A DNA stretch of 64,000 nt from the human T2T-CHM13v2.0 reference genome, Homo sapiens. The notes under the pieces were generated by a model. The model did no database searches, was not told the origin of the DNA, and saw nothing but the letters and a program-made list of their open reading frames with translations. This document shows positions 54,666-64,000 of the stretch, in pieces. A program made the translations under genes and the position numbers. The stretch lies in the NCBI RefSeq assembly GCF_009914755.1, contig NC_060930.1; one strand, written 5' to 3'. How positions within the stretch are numbered: the stretch's first letter is position 1; every line of letters begins with the position of its first letter.

Positions 54666-55373
54666 TCATATGTCAAGAGTCATATGTTCCTGGCTGCTCA
54701 GCACAAGTCAGTCAGTTGGACCATGGCTAAAGTCACTAACAGACATTTTCCATTGGAATTGGCATTACCATAAAAGGAAGAGTCTCCTTTTTATTCAACT
54801 CCAATGGCCTTCACCCAAGTTGATGGATTAATCCACTGTTTTGAACATCTAGGTCAATAATTATCGTTGTCATAGAAAACTGAAAGCTACCATAGGATAA
54901 AAATAAATCTCTACTAAAACCTACATTTCTGTATAGAATCTGTGATCCTATGAATTGCTCTTGATCAACACATTCTTCCATTGCCAAAATGGGCCTTCTT
55001 CATACAATAACAGCCAAGCAGACGCTTAACAATTTCACCAACCATAATTCTGTGCAGTCATTGTCATGAGTGATGAAATATGATTAGCAAATTACAGCTC
55101 TGGTATTTTAAGAGAACATAAAAAAATGAATGGATTGAGCTGTTTTGCATTTTTCAGTGGAATTATTTAAAAGGAGTGGGTAATGGAGAACTCAAGACTG
55201 ATGGCTAAAAGAAAAGGCAAAAATAATGTTGCCACTTCACAACCTATCAACATAATTCATCTTTGTCTCCTGTCCTGAACTGTTGTGTCATGTTGCTGTT
55301 ACATGGTTAAACAGCTGCTATTTATTTCTGGCATCTTTATTTTAGTTCTGGATAAACTGACCTGAAATTTTAA

Positions 55374-55693
<320 letters not shown>

Positions 55694-56744
55694 AATTATT
55701 CTATATCTAAATGTGTAAAAATGACATCCTCATCATGAAGTTTCACATTGTGTTTTCCTTATAAATTAGGTCACTTATAACAATATCTCTGGGACTTGAG
55801 CAATGAATTAAACTCCTCCTGTAGGTACAGGATGTTCCCTGTCTTATATCACATCTGCTTTACAATGAACTATATTGTTCAGGGTTCTCGGAAATCCTGT
55901 CCAAAATAAAGGTGTGTTTCTACTTTCAAATATCTTATATTGATAACAATAGTGCTTTGGAATTGCTAACTTTTTTTTATGTCTTCAAATCCTAGGCTTA
56001 TCATTGTTATACCTCTCCCACAGAGTTGGCAGTCAAGCAAAATTCCATACAGCCTCTTTTATTTTCCCATTGATACCATTATAAAATTAGAGGCACATTC
56101 CTATGGAAATAAATTTGGCCCTGAAATGTAATTTTAAGATACGTTTAAGAATGCAGCATGCATTTTAAGCACATATTTCAAAAAGTAAAGATAATTTTTG
56201 TTAACTAATATATTCAAAATAGCTATACAATAAGGGAGAGGGCACTGGACTTGGGTTTAAATGCAGGCTCTACTGTTTACCAGACATGAGATTTTGAGCA
56301 AGTCATTTACCCTTGCAGAGGTAAAATTTTTCTGAAAAATAAAACTAAGAATGCTTACTCTATAGAGTCATCATAAGGATTAAGGGGCCCAGCAATATAA
56401 TATCTGATCTATAATATGGATTTAGTAAAGATTACTTAAATTTAATGAGTGACTAAAAATAAACTACAAAAATAAAGTGTTGAAGCTACCATTTGGCAGT
56501 TTTTTACATAAAGTGCTAGCACTGATAAAAAATACAAAATGGTTTTTAGTTTCTGAATATTTTCAGTTCCAAGTCTCACATTGTCCATACTTTTTAAAAT
56601 CCTCATTGACATTTTCCAAATTATACATATCATCCAAAAGTATACAAAATTAAATATTTCAGAAAAACATAATACAGATGATGAAAGTTTTTCATGATTA
56701 TTGAATTGATAATTTTTGAGCCTGGATTCAAACCCAAGTCCAGT

Positions 56745-56873
56745 TAGGGTGACTACCCATCCTGCTTTGCCTGAAACTGCCCCAGTTTATGCCTGTCACC
56801 CTGGCATAAAGTATTCATTGTGCCCCTTTCACTCTCAAACGGTCTCTGTGTGGATGACAAATATGTGGCCCTT
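56745..56873. mobile_element. MER94 (hAT-Blackjack MITE)
   Basis: tagggtgact...tttgcctgaaactgccccagtttatgcctg...gcccctttcactctcaaa...ggatgacaaatatgtggccctt. Confidence 0.8.
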
Positions 56874-57099
56874 CAACCCATAAATCTGCCTCTAAAAGAG
56901 AACCCATTACCTATCACTGGTTGCAAAGTCCTCCATCTCTCTTTTTCTCTTAATTATCAGTTATTCTTAAAAAGTATTGTTTCTTTTTTGCAATTTATTT
57001 TACTTTTTCCTCTTATTTTACCAATTGAATTTTTGTAGAAACATACCTCCCAAGTGTGTTAAATTTCATATTTGAAATTAGACTGCATACTTTTTGTCG

Positions 57100-58302
57100 T
57101 AAATATAAATTTAAGAAAAACATATATTTATATTATATATTATTATATTATATAATTGTATATATTACATATATAATCTAATGATATATAATGATATATA
57201 TCTAATGATATATAATGATATATATCTAATGATATATAATGATATATTATATTATATATATTATATATTATAATTATATATAATATATTATAATATATAT
57301 TATAACTTATATTATATATAGTATATATTATATTATACATAATATATAACATATAGTATATATTATATATTATATTATACATAATATATAATATATAGTA
57401 TATATTATATATTATATTTATAATATATAATATATAGTATATATATATTTATATTATATAATATATACTATATATTATATATTATATATAATATATTATA
57501 ATATAATTTTATATATTAATATTATATAATTATATAATTATAATTATATAATTTAATATAATTATATATTATATTTTATATAATTAATATAATTATATAT
57601 TATATTTTATATAATTACATAATTTAATATAATTATATATTATATTATAATATAATTATATAATTTAATATAATTATATATAAATTATATGTAATATATA
57701 ATTATATATTATGTAATTATATATTGTAATTATATAATTATAATTATATATAATTACATAATATATATTATATAATTAAAATATATAATTATATATTACA
57801 TTATATATGAGATATTATATATGAGATAAATACATTATATTGTATATTATACATAAAATATATAATATATAGAAGATATTACATATTATATATATTATAT
57901 TGTATATTATATTTATATATTATATTATAATATATTCTATACACATAGAACATTATATTCTATGTGTATAGAATACGGATATAGAATATAATATATTATA
58001 TTACATATATGTTATATATTTATATTATATATATTACTATATATCACTAAAAATACAAATATATAAATTATATATAATTTATATACATTATATATAAGTT
58101 ATATATAATATATATACATTATATATAAGTTATATATAATATATATACATTATATATAAATTATATATAATATATATACATTATATATAAATTATATATA
58201 ATATATATACATTATATTCTATATCCATCATTTTTGAGCCTGGATTCAAACCCAAGTCCAGTTAGGGTGACTACCCTAATATAAAATATATAATTTTATA
58301 TT
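57100..58302. repeat. ~1.2-kb AT-rich (TA)n-like compound tandem/low-complexity tract
   Basis: Almost pure A/T; internal ~24-bp (57178-57245) and 31-bp (58081-58215) tandem units. Confidence 0.97.
58230..58276 (+). repeat. Exact 47-bp direct copy of 56712-56758
   Basis: atttttgagcctggattcaaacccaagtccagttagggtgactaccc is identical at both positions. Confidence 0.97.
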
Positions 58303-58789
58303 ACCAAGAATGTGCGCTAGTGAGTCAAAATGAAACAAGAGTAGTAATGCTACCTTTTAAAAACTTTCACGAACAAGGTAATTTTATTTGAGTTCTGTTC
58401 TGTAAATCTCATTTAAGTGAGCATAGATGCAGAAGTAAACATTATTCAAACAAGTGGAGTTTAGTAAAATCTCACTAGTTTGAAATCCAACATTTTGGAA
58501 TTTGAGATCATTTAGACAGGATCTGAATTTAAGTTTACCCTTTCTTAAGAAGTCATTTCTTTCTGACAGTGTAAAGAAATATTTTAAATAAGATTTTAGA
58601 GCCAAATATTTAAGAGATCAAACTCAATATTGTAAAAATTTACAAAAGAAAAAGACACGATTTAGCCCAATTTAATTTATAGCATGAACTTGAAAGTTAT
58701 CTGATTATCTATTACACAATTCTATAATTCAGACTGTTTCTTGAATTAGAAAGTCTACTGAGATGTTAGGGTAAACTCCATAGTTTGGC

Positions 58790-59203
58790 TATTCCACACC
58801 CATCTCCACTTGTCTTGCAAAGACATTCTTCCCGCTTGCTTTACAGCCAGTCATAACCCAGTCTTACCCAAGTCCCTGGAGGGGAGAGAGGGAAAGGGAA
58901 GGGTATTGGGTCTTTTAAGATTTGCTTTCATGATAAAGGAAACAGACACGGCTGGTGCTGCCTGTTCCCCGCACTGCCTGCCTTGAACGTTTGGAGCTGC
59001 GACTGCCATATTGCAAACAGGAGGGAAGGGCCAAGAGCACTGCAAAGACTCCAACTCTAATAACATTGAACAGATAAACCAATACCAGCTGCTGCTTCGC
59101 TCCAAACTTCTCCCTACAGGAGAAAAATAAACCCTTATTTGTTTAAGCTACTGTGGGCTGGATTTTCTGTTGCTTGGGGCCAAAGGCATTCTGAACTAAC
59201 ACA
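58790..59203 (+). mobile_element. Old MLT1 (K/L-like) solo LTR
   Basis: ggagctgcgactgccatattgc...aaaataaacccttatttgtttaagctactg...ttttctgttgcttg. Confidence 0.7.
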
Positions 59204-59659
59204 ACAGCTTACTGGGGCCAGGTTTCGATGTGATGTTGGCACCTACACAGGAGAAGCTAAGGCAAACCCATGTACAGACTGAAGGCCTGAGGCACGTTCT
59301 AACTATCAGAGCGTAGATGGAAGTAACAAGGCTGACTCCAAAGTAGACTCCAGCACAGACAGACAAGCACGGGGCAAGGGTTTGGGCACTAGCAAAGGTC
59401 AAGAATGAAGCAGAAAGAAACCTTGCCGAGATGAGCCTATTTTATTTTAAACTGATGTTTTGCATCCTGCTAACAAGTGATGTGGTTTCTTTCCAGCATT
59501 AAAATAAGAAATAGCTCCTCCTGAATTGATTTTGCCTTTTTATTTTATTTCAGTTTTAACTTTGAAGTAAATATTCCCAGAACCTCAGGCAAAGCTATAT
59601 TCAAATATGAATGTTGAACCTGTTCCAGATGTAATTTTTTTGAATTATGAACTGCTATT

Positions 59660-59915
59660 TAATAGAGTAGCAGGCTCTAGAGTCGAAATGCCTTGTCCTC
59701 AAGCCTACCTCTACCATGTACCAATGCTATCAACCTGGACTTGCATTTCTGTGCCTTAGTTTTCTCATCTGTGAAATGGGAGGAAATAGAGAACCTCCCT
59801 AATAAAGTAATTGTGATAAATAACTAAGATGTACACTATTTAAAAGAGTAAATGGACAGTGTTGAAAATAGTACATGGAGCACTAACCACTTGATAAATA
59901 TTAGGCATTATTATG
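59660..59915 (+). mobile_element. MIR SINE
   Basis: caggctctagagtc...tctgtgccttagttttctcatctgtgaaatggg...ataaatattagg. Confidence 0.8.
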
Positions 59916-60256
59916 GGTATTTAAAAGTCCATTCTGCATATATGTATGTGTTTATATGTATACAATCATTTATATTTTACTTTATATTATCAAGTAAAAC
60001 ATGGAATTATTTTTTAATTTCATCATCCAATCCTTTAGATGCCCCAAAGGTAAACCCAAGCAACCCCCTAGTGAATGAGTTGTCCTTAATCTCTTCTGCC
60101 TCTATTTTTTAAGTTCTGTGTCTATGCTCATTTGGTTAAGATTTGTGAAACAGAACTCTGAAAACCATTTACCCTTATTTTCATGAAACCTTGAAAGAAT
60201 ACAGGCTCTTTGTTAAAAGACCTCTCAAGCAAGCCTTCTTCAGCATCAACTGTTAG

Positions 60257-60748
<492 letters not shown>

Positions 60749-62152
60749 TGAACTGTTCTTTTGCACCTCTGAGCCACTTGCCTTTCCACATATTTTACAT
60801 ATTGTTGTTTTGTCTTTAGGTCACCTAAGAATTCCCAGTTTTTCTTTCCTTTGGTGAAAATGGCTTTTCCTTCCCCATTCATAACAGCTTGTTCCAAATA
60901 GCCAGCACCCCTCCACCTCCTCTCCCTACCAACGTGCCATCCGGTGTTTCAGGCTTCCTGAAGCCTGCTGTGTCTGCCCAGCTCCTTCTTGCATCCCAGC
61001 ATTTAGAATCCTGAGTGCTTCCACTGCACGATCGCTATCTTCCAAATTGCCTTCCTGTGCTGCAGCTGCCACGACTCCTCAGCCGTGGTCAGTGTCAGGT
61101 CTAAAAGACCTGTCCCCTTGCTGGCTTCCCTATATCTCCCACATTAAAAAGTTGTCATCCTCACATTTCACTTGTCAGCAACATGATGCATGAATCAGAT
61201 ATTTCCTTTTACTCTTTCATCTTTGCAGCACGTTAAGAATTAGTGTCTAATGACACAGAGGTGAAAAGTTAATGGAAATTTAATTGAAAAAACTACCATC
61301 CCAGCAGGAATTGAACCTGGTGGCCTCAGCACAGGAGGTAGATATTTCATCCACTAGGCTTCTGAGTTTGGTTTAGCATATAGGATATAGGTATCACTTT
61401 GGTAAACAGATAATTCCCATATTTTCCCAGTATTACTTTGGTCAACAGAATGAAGAAAAGAGTGGATTCCAATTTAAATGTCAGGGCTGTCTACTTTAAG
61501 GATTCTGAACAGGGGAATTTTAATGAAAATAGGATTTAATTTCCTGTAAATGTTTGAGTTCTTCAACCCTAATATATAGAAATAATGAATATTTATACAT
61601 GTGAAACACATCTTCTTAGCAGCATTTAGTTAGACATACCCAAAGGAACTCCGGGAGAATTTTTTCAGGTATAATGAGTTACACCTCAAATTTTTCTAGG
61701 GAAAATTACGTTACCTAAATACTTTCGTTCCTTTCTTTCACATGGTTCACCAGAAGCCTAAGTCACATGGAGAAACATATACAAGGTATACAGTTACGAT
61801 GATTCAACAGAGTAGAAGCCTGCAGGAATTTAGACCATAGGGCTGTCATTATATGTTTTTATTTTAAAAATAAATTAAGCTTAACCAATGTCTTATATCC
61901 AGATTAGCCTGGAGTTTTCACTCAATCTGCAATACTTAAGATAGATGAGGTTTCCTGAGCAAAGTGGGAATTTTCCAGTGTTCCAGAACATGGTAAGGTT
62001 GGAAGGGATTATTTACTTTCAACCCTGTGTTTGCTCTCAGTACTTTGCTATTTACTTGTGCCTAGGTAAGTGGCCATATGCATTGCAACACGTAATTTTA
62101 ACTAAATTAACTTTCAAATCATTAAAAAAAAAAAAAAACTGTAAAAAAGTCA

Positions 62153-62580
<428 letters not shown>

Positions 62581-62659
62581 TCATGTTAAAAAGGGAAGAA
62601 AAGATAAAAAACACTGAAGATTTTACTTGCCAAACGTCAGCCAATAAAAAAACCCTCTA

Positions 62660-62884
<225 letters not shown>

Positions 62885-63378
62885 TTAAAATAAGGACTTA
62901 TACTCACAATAGTTAATAATGAACCTTGCAATAAGTATCTACTGTGACCTGAGATATAAACTAGTGACGGTATGAAATCATCAATTAGCAAGACATCAAA
63001 AGAGAAGCATACAGAACTTGAAAGCAATCACCTACAATGTTTCTATGCTTAAAGTCATGTGATATCCAATCAAGGGTTTACAAAACTTTACTAAGCTTAA
63101 TGATAAAAATAATATAAATGGCTTTTTGAATTGTTAATAAAAATAACATTTCTAAAATATTTTTATCTTCATTCATTATATTAAGACAATATGCAAAATA
63201 AATAAATAAATAAATAAAATTAAATTTAAAAAAATATATGCTAAAAAAAAAGTCCTAAAATGTTGGATCAAAACAGTTTCTAGGTTTCTTCTCTATGGAG
63301 GATGTAGTAGCAGAAATCTTTTTTCAGGAATCTGAGTCTTTAAATTTTTCCTAATGACTTTTCTAAGAACTCGGTGCT

Positions 63379-63682
63379 GGCTGGGAGCAGTGGCTCACGC
63401 CTGTAATCCCAGCACTTTGGGAGGCTGAGGCGGACGGATCACTTGAGGTCAGGAGTCTGAGACCAGCCTGGCCAAAATAGTGAAACCCTGTCTCTACTAA
63501 AAATACAAAAATTAGCTGGGCATGGTGGTGTGCGCCTGTAGTCCTAGCTACTAGGGGAGGCCAAGGCATGAGAATCTCTTGAACCTGGGAGGCGCAGGTC
63601 GCAGTGAGCTGAGATCACACCACTGCACTCCAGCCTGGGCAACAGAGCGAGACTCCATCTCAAAAACAAACAAACAAAAAAA
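63379..63682 (+). mobile_element. AluSx/Sz
   Basis: Full dimeric Alu with (CAAA)n tail. Confidence 0.97.
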
Positions 63683-63789
63683 CAACTCAACACTACATTT
63701 GCTATTCATGCCTTTAGATCTATATATAAATCCCTTGCCTTTCTTGATAACCCATCCATTTGGCTTAGCAGTTAACAGTATATCTAGAA

Positions 63790-64000
63790 TCAAGCAGACC
63801 TGTGTGTAATCTGCTCTACCATTTGCTAGCTGGATGACTTTGGAAAGTTATAATCTTTCTGAACTTCAGTTTCCTCATTTGCAAAATAGAAATAACAATA
63901 CCCATCTATAGACCAAAACAAAGCATGTAAAGCACTTGGCACAGTGCTCAGGTATGTGATAGGAGCCCACTAAATGTCAGCTATGATTGCTATTGCTATT
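63790..64000 (+). mobile_element. MIR SINE
   Basis: ctctaccatttgctagctggatgactttggaaagt...cttcagtttcctcatttgcaaaat...atgtaaagcacttggcacagtg. Confidence 0.9.

Noticed and set aside
57143-57382. Ile/Tyr/Asn-rich ORF
   Set aside because: Translation of the (TA)n low-complexity tract.
58081-58215. 31-bp periodic repeats as a CRISPR-like array
   Set aside because: Contiguous tandem units without unique spacers, in eukaryotic DNA.

Overview
Primate, almost certainly human, genomic DNA; the evidence is AluS/J elements, an L1PA 3' end, MST/MLT/MER elements and a U6 retrocopy. I find no supportable protein-coding exon: the listed ORFs are short, and many come from Alu/LTR or simple-repeat sequence. 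The window reads as intronic or intergenic and is packed with interspersed repeats. Subfamily names are recalled from consensus sequences, not from a RepeatMasker run, and old-repeat boundaries are approximate. The main non-routine signals are: (1) a compact minus-strand promoter-like module at ~3560-3880 with a TATA/MEF2 site, a second MEF2 site, an inverted forkhead pair, a TGACA cluster and a GTGAGT donor; (2) a well-preserved ancient MER121 element; (3) a ~2.8-kb hAT-Blackjack transposon with readable transposase motifs; and (4) a series of short, locally templated copy or template-switch events without target-site duplications (TSDs). These are a 128-bp direct copy, a 47-bp inverted copy from 12.8 kb away, a 47-bp exact copy in a 1.2-kb AT tract, an 18-bp replacement duplication and fold-back palindromes. 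I could not identify the host gene, and I see no evidence of a new protein-based system.
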